DNA of 64,000 nucleotides, taken from the NCBI GenBank assembly GCA_947385725.1, contig CANDMD010000001.1, positions 2,660 to 66,659 of the forward strand, read 5' to 3'. This document shows, one piece after another, positions 56,535 through 64,000 of this stretch. Under the pieces are notes generated by a model that saw only the letters and a list, made by a program, of their open reading frames with translations, had not been told where the DNA came from and made no database searches. Numbering within the stretch: the first letter of the stretch is position 1; every line of letters starts with the position of its first letter. The translations under genes and the position numbers were made by a program. The DNA comes from an uncultured Lachnospiraceae bacterium. Its GTDB lineage: Bacteria > Bacillota > Clostridia > Lachnospirales > Lachnospiraceae.

Positions 56535-57653
56535 ATGGGAGAGAAGAAAAATGCGCTTTTTACAACCGCGGTGATAGCTGCGATCATATTGATCTTTACC
56601 GCAGCCGATCTGTGCCGTGGCGACAGGTTTTATTCGGAGACGGAAAACAGGCTGCTTGCGGCCAGACCCAAGGCATCCGGGGAGACTGTCTTTTCCGGGA
56701 AGTTTGCGGAAGACTATGAGGCTTATGTGACGGATCAGTTTGTCAGCAGGGACAAGTGGATCGGGATCAAGACCCGGATGGATATCCTGCTGCAGAAAAA
56801 GGAGATCAACGGAGTCTATCTGGGAGAGGATGGATATCTGATTGAACAGCATCTTCCGGAGGATTATTCCGAGATCCTGGCAGCCAAGAAAACGGCGCTG
56901 CTGCTGGAACTGGTGGGAGAGTGGGATGCCGCTGTCATGCTGGTGCCTACCGCGGATAATATCCTGGCGGACAAGATGCCTGCAAACGCGCCCTGTTATG
57001 ATCAGGCGGCGCTGCTGGAACAAATAGCGGCACAGGTGGGGGACAGGAATTATGTGGATGTCTACGGAAGCCTGAAAGCCCATTCACAGGAGGATATCTA
57101 CTATCGCAGCGATCATCACTGGACCAGCCTGGGGGCATATTACGGGTATCTGGCATGGGCGGAAAACAGGGGAGAGACTCCCTATGCCTACCGCACCAAT
57201 GCCATGACTGTTGTCTCCGAGGATTTCCTGGGAACGCTGCATTCCAAAACGAACCTTGACAGGGCAGGGGATACCATCCGGTATTTTGAGGGAACGGAGA
57301 AACGTCCCGTGACGGTGACTTATGATTTTAACAGGGTCACGGATACTTTTTATGAGAGATCCTATCTGGATACGAAAAACCAGTATGGCTTTTTTTTGGA
57401 TGACAATCATGCCTTTATTCAGATCGACACCAGCTATCGGAACGGGAAGACCCTTTTTGTCATTAAGGATTCCTACGCGAACAGCATGGTTCCGCTGCTG
57501 ACGCCGCACTATGAGAGGATTTATGTGGTGGATCTGAGATATTATAACGGCAGACTTTCGACGCTGATGAAGCAGATGGAACCTGAAGGGGGGATGGATG
57601 TGCTTGTGCTCTACAACTGCATTCACTTTTTGGAGGAGTTCGAATATATGTGA
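56535..57653 (+). CDS. DHHW-family protein (AlgJ/AlgX-like SGNH partner of MBOAT)
   Basis: N-terminal TM anchor and the eponymous motif YYRSDHHWTSLGAYYGY. Confidence 0.8.
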   Translation: MGEKKNALFTTAVIAAIILIFTAADLCRGDRFYSETENRLLAARPKASGETVFSGKFAEDYEAYVTDQFVSRDKWIGIKTRMDILLQKKEINGVYLGEDGYLIEQHLPEDYSEILAAKKTALLLELVGEWDAAVMLVPTADNILADKMPANAPCYDQAALLEQIAAQVGDRNYVDVYGSLKAHSQEDIYYRSDHHWTSLGAYYGYLAWAENRGETPYAYRTNAMTVVSEDFLGTLHSKTNLDRAGDTIRYFEGTEKRPVTVTYDFNRVTDTFYERSYLDTKNQYGFFLDDNHAFIQIDTSYRNGKTLFVIKDSYANSMVPLLTPHYERIYVVDLRYYNGRLSTLMKQMEPEGGMDVLVLYNCIHFLEEFEYM

Positions 57654-57684
57654 TGACCAGAAGATGAAATAGGGAGGTGCAAGC

Positions 57685-58344
57685 TTGAAAGCGGTAGTAT
57701 TTGATATGGACGGGGTTCTGTTTGACACGGAACGGATATGTATGGAGAGCTGGATCGCCGTGGCGGAGGAGGACGGCCTGCCGGACATGGAGAAGATCTT
57801 TCCCCTGTGTATCGGCGGCAATGCCAATGACAGCAGGCGGATCGTGCTGGATGCATATGGACAGGACTTTGACTATGAAGCCTTTCGGAAGAAGGCATCT
57901 GATAAATTCTGGAAGAATATCGGGGAAAACGGCCTGCCCATGATGACGGGGGTGCGGGAGATCCTGGAATGGCTGAAAGAGGAGCAATGGATCGTGGGTC
58001 TTGCCTCCTCCACCAAACGGTCATCTGTCCTTGACCATCTGGAGCGGGCGGGGATCAGTGGCTATTTCCAGGCCGTCGTGACGGGAGATATGGTGGAACA
58101 TTCCAAGCCTCTTCCGGATATCTATCTGATCACATGCAGGCATCTGGGCATAGAGCCTTGTGAGGCATATGCCATTGAGGACTCTCCCAACGGGATCCGT
58201 TCCGCCTACGCCGCGGGGATGTGTCCCCTTATGGTGCCGGACATGCTGCAGCCTGATGAGGAGATAAGGCATCTGAGTTACCGGATCTTTCAGGATCTGC
58301 CGGAGGTCCTGGAGTTTCTGAAATGGGGTGACAGCCTCGTTTGA
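57685..58344 (+). CDS. HAD-superfamily hydrolase (beta-phosphoglucomutase-like subfamily)
   Basis: TTG start with a GGGAGG RBS. Motif I VVFDMDGVLFDTE, motif II ASST, motif IV EDSPNG. Confidence 0.85.
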   Translation: MKAVVFDMDGVLFDTERICMESWIAVAEEDGLPDMEKIFPLCIGGNANDSRRIVLDAYGQDFDYEAFRKKASDKFWKNIGENGLPMMTGVREILEWLKEEQWIVGLASSTKRSSVLDHLERAGISGYFQAVVTGDMVEHSKPLPDIYLITCRHLGIEPCEAYAIEDSPNGIRSAYAAGMCPLMVPDMLQPDEEIRHLSYRIFQDLPEVLEFLKWGDSLV

Positions 58345-58408
58345 GAGAAGGAAAGCGCAGGAAAATGCAGGCGTGCGGTGACGTATGCCGGAAAGCGGGA
58401 AGTGCCGG

Positions 58409-59272
58409 ATGGCGAATTTAGGGATACCACGAAATACGATTGAAATTTTACAGAGATACCATTTTAATTTCCAGAAAAAATACGGGCAGAATTTTCTCAT
58501 CGATGTCAATGTTCTGGACAGAATCATTGCCGCCGCGGAGATCACGAGGGAAGACTGCGTGCTGGAGATCGGTCCGGGTATCGGCACCATGACACAGTAT
58601 CTGGCGGAGAGTGCAAGGGAAGTGGTGGCGGTGGAAATTGACAGGAATCTGATCCCCATCCTGGAAGATACGCTGTCCGGTTATGACAATGTGACGGTCA
58701 TAAACGAAGATATCCTGAAACTGGATATCCGGAAGATTGTGGAGGAAAGGAACGGCGGAAAACCTGTCAAGGTGGTCGCCAACCTGCCTTATTACATAAC
58801 CACGCCGATTATCATGGGACTCTTTGAAAGCAAGGTGCCCTTAAAGAGTATCACTATCATGGTGCAGAAGGAAGTGGCGGACAGAATGCAGGTGGGGCCG
58901 GGCACCAAGGATTACGGCGCCCTGTCCCTGGCGGTGCAGTATTACGCGAAGCCGGAGATCGTGGCAAATGTGCCGCCCAACTGTTTCATTCCCCGCCCCA
59001 ATGTGGGCAGCGCGGTGATACGGCTGACCAGGTATGATACGCCAACCGTCAGAGTGCAGGATGAAAGAAAACTGTTTTCCCTGATCAGGGCTTCCTTTAA
59101 CCAGAGGAGAAAGACCTTGGTCAACGGACTGTGCAATGCGGCAGAGCTGCATTTGTCTAAGGAACAGGTGGCCGGTGCGCTGGAGGAGATGGGACTGCCG
59201 CCAGCCATACGGGGAGAGGCGCTGACCCTGGAGCAGTTCGCGGAACTGAGTGATCTGCTGTGCGGAAAATAG
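58409..59272 (+). CDS. rsmA: 16S rRNA (adenine1518/1519-N6)-dimethyltransferase
   Basis: YGQNFLIDVNVLDRII...VLEIGPGIGTMT...VVANLPYYITTPII are classic KsgA/RsmA motifs. Confidence 0.9.
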   Translation: MANLGIPRNTIEILQRYHFNFQKKYGQNFLIDVNVLDRIIAAAEITREDCVLEIGPGIGTMTQYLAESAREVVAVEIDRNLIPILEDTLSGYDNVTVINEDILKLDIRKIVEERNGGKPVKVVANLPYYITTPIIMGLFESKVPLKSITIMVQKEVADRMQVGPGTKDYGALSLAVQYYAKPEIVANVPPNCFIPRPNVGSAVIRLTRYDTPTVRVQDERKLFSLIRASFNQRRKTLVNGLCNAAELHLSKEQVAGALEEMGLPPAIRGEALTLEQFAELSDLLCGK

Positions 59273-59694
59273 ATTATAATTTTACCAATAATTGCTTTTA
59301 TGTAGACAAGACGGATTTTATCCGGGAATGGTGGGAACGCAAGGATGATGTGACTTTGATTACCCGTCCCCGCCGTTTTGGCAAGACGCTGAACATGGGT
59401 ATGCTGGAGTATTTTTTCCCGTGGACCATGCCGGGCAGGGAGAATTGTTCCAGGGTCTTTCCGTGTGGAAGGATGAGGAATACAGGGCGATTCAGGGAAC
59501 ATGACCGGTGATCAGCCTGTCCTTTGCCAGGGTAAAGGAAGCTTTTTATCACGGATTTGTACTGGGGCTTCTGCTGGATTTGGGAAATGATTATATAATT
59601 ACATACTTGCACAAAAGACGCGATTATTATAGAGTTTAAGGTGCGGAACCGGAGGAGAGAAAAAAGGTATTCATCGGCTGAAATTCCTGCATAA
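59272..59694 (+). pseudogene. multiply frameshifted/deleted remnant of a predicted AAA-ATPase/PD-(D/E)XK (PF09820 + PDDEXK_9-like) gene
   Basis: Fragments in three frames: ...CFYVDKTDFIREWW...LITRPRRFGKTLNMGMLEYFF, then ...EAFYHGFVLGLLLDLGNDY, then ...AIIIEFKV. A full-length gene would be roughly 4-5 times longer. Confidence 0.55.
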
Positions 59695-59730
59695 ACAACA
59701 TGTCTTTTTGCCGCTATTATATGTTTGATA

Positions 59731-59768
59731 AAAATACAAGGTATAGATACTATATCTTGTATTTTTTA
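59731..59768 (+). terminator. rho-independent terminator
   Basis: A 13-bp stem ATACAAGGTATAG-ata-CTATATCTTGTAT followed by TTTTT. An A-run precedes it, so it could act in both directions. Confidence 0.55.
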
Positions 59769-59921
59769 TGAAAAATTATAAAAAATTAAACTATATTTTT
59801 TGACATGTACCTATAGATTATGGTAAACTATAGAGAATCAAAATAGTGGGATATTATTGCCTGGCAGAGGATAAAGACTTTGATGTCGTGAAAACAGATT
59901 CGGAAGAGGGAGCGAAGTACC

Positions 59922-62900
59922 TTGGATAAGTATGAATATAAAGTAAGAGCGGATGAGATAAAGGATCTGATTGCTCAGGGAGAATATGTGCAGGCCGCAG
60001 AGATCGCGGATACCATTGACTGGCGGCGGGTGAAGAGTGTGATGATGCTCTGCACCATCAGCGATCTGTATAAGATTAACAGACGTTATGAGGATGCAAG
60101 GAATATGCTTCTCCTGGCTTATGAAAGAAGACCCGGAGGCAGGACGATCTGCTATTCTCTCTGTGAACTGTCTATTAAGATGGAAGATTATGTGCCGGCG
60201 GTCAATTATTATAAGGAATTTGTACAGGTGGCGCCCAAGGATCCGGGACGCTACATTTTGCAGTATAAGCTGTATGAGGCCCAGGATGTGAGCCTGGAGG
60301 AACGTATCGGGGTCCTGGAGGAACTGAAGAAGAGGGACTACCGCGAAAAGTGGGCATATGAACTGGCATATCTTTACCACAGGGTAGGGCTTGGTACACG
60401 CTGTGTGGAGGAGTGTGATGAACTTATCCTCTGGTTTGGTGAAGGAAAATATGTCATAAAGGCTATGGAACTGAAAATGCTTCATCAGTCTCTGACCCCT
60501 TCCCAACAGGAGAAGTATGATCACCGCTTTGACGGGGCTGCGCAGACTTATTATGAGCCTCAGCAGGAAGTGTCCCGCCAGGAAACATCCCAGGATCAGT
60601 ATTACGAGACCCGTCAACAGGCGGCGTCCCAGGGTCAGCTCTATTATGAAGACCAGCAGACGGCGCCCCAAGATCAGTTCTATTATGAAGACCAGCAGAC
60701 GGCGCCCCAGGGTCAGTTCTATTATGAGGGGCAGCCGGGGATGTCCCAGGAGCAGTCCTATTATGAGGGGCAGCCGGGGATGCCCCAGGAGCAGTCCTAT
60801 TATGAGGGGCAGCCGGGGATGCCCCAGGAGCAGTCCTATTATGAGGGGCAGCCGGGGATGCCCCAGGAGCAGCCTTATTATGAGGGGCAGCCCTATTATG
60901 CGGAACAGCAGGGAGCGCTTCAGGGGCAGCCGGGGATGTCCCAGGAGCAGTCCTATTATGAGGGGCAGCAGGGGGTGTCTCAGGAGTCGTCTTATTTTGT
61001 GTCGGGGCAGGAAATGGTGCCTGGCTATGAAATGGGGGACAAGCCCCGGATTTATGAAACAATTTCCGGAGGGGCATCCGCAGACAGTGAGGTTTTTGGA
61101 GAGCAGGAATTATATAACCGACAGGGGGTTCCCGCGGAGACGGCACAGCCCGTGCCCGCGCAGACCGAGGAATTGGATATTCAGGTGAAACCCATGGATA
61201 TGGGGCAGTATAATACCATCAATCTTCAGGCGGAGATTGCTGCGGGTCTGAAAGAAGTGTTGGAAGAGGATCAGAAAGCGGCACGGGGGGATGAGATAAC
61301 CCGTGCGATCATGGCACCAATGCTGGAAACAGAGACGGAATCCCTGGATCTGCCCGAGATCGATGAGGTGGATGCGGAGGATCTGGGACCGGAAGCTGAG
61401 GTGATGGAAGGTTCAGAAGTGTTCTTCGGCGAAACGGGGGAGATCGGAGACTTACAGTCTTCCACCCAGGCATCTTCCGATGGAGAAGCGGGCAAAGTGA
61501 TTGTACCTGAGATTGGTAAAGCAACTGTTTATGCAGGGGACATATCCGGGAAGTATTCTGTGGGTTCCATGCAAAAGGAGACGGCGAACACCCCGGTAGA
61601 GTGGGAAACATTGAAACAATCGGCGGAAGCGGAGACGGCGAACACCCCGGTAGAGTGGGAAACATTGAAACAACCGGCGGAAGCGGAGACGGCGAATACC
61701 CCGGTAGAATCGGAAACATTGAAGCAACCGGCGGAAGCGGAGATGGCGAATACCCCGGTAGAATCGGAAACATTGAAGCAACCGGCGGAAGCGGAGATGG
61801 CGAATACCCCGGTAGAATCGGAAACATTGAAGCAACCGGCGGAAGCGGAGACGGCGAATACTCCGGTAGAGTCGGAAACATTGAAACAGTCGGCAGAAGT
61901 GGAGCAGAAACTGACGGAAGCGGATCCTGCGGAAGGACAGCCTGAAACGGATGCCACAGCGGAAATTGTCATGGCACAGATCAGACGTGAGTCCAGAGCG
62001 GAAGAACAGGTGCTGACTGCACAGCCTCCCAGGGAGATCGCCGGAGTCCTCTCACAGGAGTCGGACGGACAGATCAGTCTTGTCATGCCGGAAAGCGAAC
62101 AGATCGAGAAGCAGATCACCGGACAGATGAATCTGGAGGATGTCCTGAAAGAATGGGAGCGCATGAAGCAGGAGAATGCGGAAAAGCGTAAGGAAGAAGT
62201 GCGCCAGCATGTGCTCCGTCATACTGGTGAAATGTTCACTGCATTTGAAGCGTCAGTCAGGGATGGCCTGCTGGAACAGCTGGAAAAAGATAACGCCAAA
62301 GCTCAGGAAAGTTCGGAAGAGCCGTTTGTGGAAGAAGAGTTGGCAGAGGACATGGCGACAGAAGACGGGGCTGTGGAGGAAACCATCTATGAGCCTTCGG
62401 AAGAAGAGCCGGTAGAGGAATATGCGGAGGATAATGAGGACTGGGACAGCCTGCTCCGGGAGGAACCGGAGGAAGAACTGGAGACGATCCTGAAAGAGGC
62501 AGAGCAGGAAGTTATCTTTGGGGATGCCGATGCAGTGGAAGAGATTGAGGAAATCGAAGAGATAGAGGAAACCGGGGAGACCGATGGATTCGAACCGGAG
62601 GAAGCAGAGGAGCCTGCGCCTGGGAGAGAAGAGGCGGAGGAAACTTCTTTTGAAGCAGAAGGGGCGGAAGACCTTGAGGCGGAAAAGGAAAAACCGGAAA
62701 AGGAAAAACCGGAAAAGTCTGAGCCTGAAGGGGAGAATCGGAAGAACCCTGAGCAAGCTGCGAAATCGGAGAAGACCCAAAAACCAGATAAGCCTGAAAA
62801 GCCGGAACAGAAAGAAGAAGCAGAAGCTTCTACTGTGGAGCGTGAAAAAGGGAAAGTGCGCAGCCTGACCAGAGAAGAGAAGGAGTTGTATGGTCCTTAT

Positions 62901-63602
62901 ATCCAGAGCCGTGCTTCCAGGGAGCAGCTTGTTCAGGCCATCGATAATATCAGCATGGCGGCCTACACCGGAAATATCATTATTACCGGCGAGGAAGGCA
63001 TGGATACGGTGTCCCTGGCCAAGGATATGATCCGCGAGGTGCAGATGACAGACAGCAACTTTGCCGGAAAGGTGGCAAAGATCTCCGGTCAGGCATTGAA
63101 TAAAAAAGATGTGGAGGCCACCATAAACCAGCTGGCCAGCGGTGCGCTGATCATCCAGAAGGCATCAGGCATGGATCCGGATACGGCGAAGCGCCTTCAC
63201 AAGGCATTACAGCAGGAATCCTTTGGCATCATCATCATCCTGGAGGATGTGAAGAAGGCGATGAACAAATTCCTGGAGCAGTATCCCAAACTGGCCGCCT
63301 GCTTTACCGCAAGGATGGATGTGGAGTCCCTGAGCAACGGTACGCTGGTGGCATTCGGGAGAAAGTATGCCCGGGAGAGGGAATACTCCATTGACGATAT
63401 GGGTATCCTGGCGCTTCACACCAGGATTGACGAAATGCAGACCAGCGACCATGTGGTGACTGTTCTGGAAGTCAAGGAACTGGTGGACAGCGCCATCAAA
63501 CATGCCAACAGGAAAACACTAAAGCATTTCTTTGACATATTGCTTGCGAGAAGGTATGATGAGGAGGACATGATTATTTTGACCGAAAGGGATTTTGCGT
63601 AA
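59922..63602 (+). CDS. 1226-aa repeat-rich protein: TPR-like N-terminus, Q/Y/P-rich and acidic repeat arrays, C-terminal degenerate AAA-like module
   Basis: TTG start with a GGGAG RBS. The N-terminal ~190 aa are helical-repeat-like. The C-terminal ~330 aa resemble a CbbX/SpoVK-type AAA domain, but the Walker A position reads ITGEEGMDTVS. Confidence 0.55.
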   Translation: MDKYEYKVRADEIKDLIAQGEYVQAAEIADTIDWRRVKSVMMLCTISDLYKINRRYEDARNMLLLAYERRPGGRTICYSLCELSIKMEDYVPAVNYYKEFVQVAPKDPGRYILQYKLYEAQDVSLEERIGVLEELKKRDYREKWAYELAYLYHRVGLGTRCVEECDELILWFGEGKYVIKAMELKMLHQSLTPSQQEKYDHRFDGAAQTYYEPQQEVSRQETSQDQYYETRQQAASQGQLYYEDQQTAPQDQFYYEDQQTAPQGQFYYEGQPGMSQEQSYYEGQPGMPQEQSYYEGQPGMPQEQSYYEGQPGMPQEQPYYEGQPYYAEQQGALQGQPGMSQEQSYYEGQQGVSQESSYFVSGQEMVPGYEMGDKPRIYETISGGASADSEVFGEQELYNRQGVPAETAQPVPAQTEELDIQVKPMDMGQYNTINLQAEIAAGLKEVLEEDQKAARGDEITRAIMAPMLETETESLDLPEIDEVDAEDLGPEAEVMEGSEVFFGETGEIGDLQSSTQASSDGEAGKVIVPEIGKATVYAGDISGKYSVGSMQKETANTPVEWETLKQSAEAETANTPVEWETLKQPAEAETANTPVESETLKQPAEAEMANTPVESETLKQPAEAEMANTPVESETLKQPAEAETANTPVESETLKQSAEVEQKLTEADPAEGQPETDATAEIVMAQIRRESRAEEQVLTAQPPREIAGVLSQESDGQISLVMPESEQIEKQITGQMNLEDVLKEWERMKQENAEKRKEEVRQHVLRHTGEMFTAFEASVRDGLLEQLEKDNAKAQESSEEPFVEEELAEDMATEDGAVEETIYEPSEEEPVEEYAEDNEDWDSLLREEPEEELETILKEAEQEVIFGDADAVEEIEEIEEIEETGETDGFEPEEAEEPAPGREEAEETSFEAEGAEDLEAEKEKPEKEKPEKSEPEGENRKNPEQAAKSEKTQKPDKPEKPEQKEEAEASTVEREKGKVRSLTREEKELYGPYIQSRASREQLVQAIDNISMAAYTGNIIITGEEGMDTVSLAKDMIREVQMTDSNFAGKVAKISGQALNKKDVEATINQLASGALIIQKASGMDPDTAKRLHKALQQESFGIIIILEDVKKAMNKFLEQYPKLAACFTARMDVESLSNGTLVAFGRKYAREREYSIDDMGILALHTRIDEMQTSDHVVTVLEVKELVDSAIKHANRKTLKHFFDILLARRYDEEDMIILTERDFA
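60642..60990. repeat. 39-bp in-frame tandem repeats (about 8 copies, partly degenerate)
   Basis: Unit TATTATGAGGGGCAGCCGGGGATGCCCCAGGAGCAGTCC, encoding YYEGQPGMPQEQS. Confidence 0.9.
61578..61901. repeat. 54-bp in-frame tandem repeat x6
   Basis: Encodes ETANTPVE(W/S)ETLKQ(P/S)AEA six times. The copies are nearly identical at the nucleotide level. Confidence 0.95.
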
Positions 63603-63634
63603 AAGGAATATAGCTGTATAGGGAGGGATATCTT

Positions 63635-64000
63635 ATGGAGAAAGAAACGCAAAAGGTATTTATTTCGGAGGCAGACCAATACCTGTTCTCACAGGGTACG
63701 CACTATGACATTTACAAGAAGCTGGGTGCGCACCTTTCTGTGGAGAAGGGGAAGGCGGGCGTTTACTTCGGCGTCTGGGCGCCCAATGCGGAAGAGGTGC
63801 ATGTGATCGGCAGCTTCAACGGCTGGAATGAGACGTCTCATCCCATGGAAAAACTGGGGCCTGTGGGGATCTGGGGCCTGTTCATTCCCAATGTGGGGGT
63901 GGGAACGTTATATAAGTTCCTGATCACGGCGAAGGACGGCAGAAAGCTTTACAAGGCAGATCCTTTTGCAAATTATGCGGAACTTCGCCCGGGGACCGCT
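63635..64000 (+). CDS. glgB: 1,4-alpha-glucan branching enzyme, N-terminal 122 codons (partial, runs off window)
   Basis: GGGAGGG RBS. MEKETQKVFISEADQYLFSQGTHYDIYKKLGAHL...GVYFGVWAPNAEEVHVIGSFNGWN... is the typical GlgB N-terminus/CBM48. Confidence 0.85.
   Translation, partial: MEKETQKVFISEADQYLFSQGTHYDIYKKLGAHLSVEKGKAGVYFGVWAPNAEEVHVIGSFNGWNETSHPMEKLGPVGIWGLFIPNVGVGTLYKFLITAKDGRKLYKADPFANYAELRPGTA

Noticed and set aside
1-64000. Prophage, ICE or IS element accounting for the AT-rich regions
   Set aside because: No integrase, recombinase, transposase, relaxase, capsid, terminase or portal-like ORF was recognisable anywhere in the window. Only the non-autonomous MITE-like element was found.

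Overview
This is a GC-rich (by eye) Firmicutes/Clostridia-type chromosomal segment; the gene content resembles Lachnospiraceae gut isolates, which is an inference. Most genes are ordinary: a heparinase-like gene with a YesMN-type two-component pair, a Fur-linked metal permease, BlaI/BlaR1 and PadR modules, a DUF5107/TPR giant protein, a MATE and two ABC exporters, a hybrid kinase with HD-GYP-like and NUDIX genes, an MBOAT/DHHW acylation pair, rsmA, the start of glgB, and one tRNA-Lys(CUU). The centre of the window (about 24.0-35.1 kb) is a visibly AT-rich mosaic island with two modules. The first is a tightly linked two-gene operon encoding a 1192-aa HEPN(Rx4H)-SNF2 helicase and a 1094-aa sacsin/MORC-type GHKL ATPase with a C-terminal zinc ribbon. 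This is my best candidate for an uncharacterised anti-phage system. The second is a Septu-like AAA-ATPase + HNH pair. A truncated, host-GC AraC/GyrI regulator separates the two modules. Elsewhere there is a cluster of decayed genes (7.2-10.7 kb), and a MITE-like 166-bp inverted-repeat element inserted at CTAG inside a degraded ABC-type ATPase gene. There are also several in-frame or frame-breaking tandem repeats and a candidate structured 5' leader. I saw no rRNA, CRISPR array, integrase or transposase gene. All family calls come from motif recognition by eye, not from database searches.
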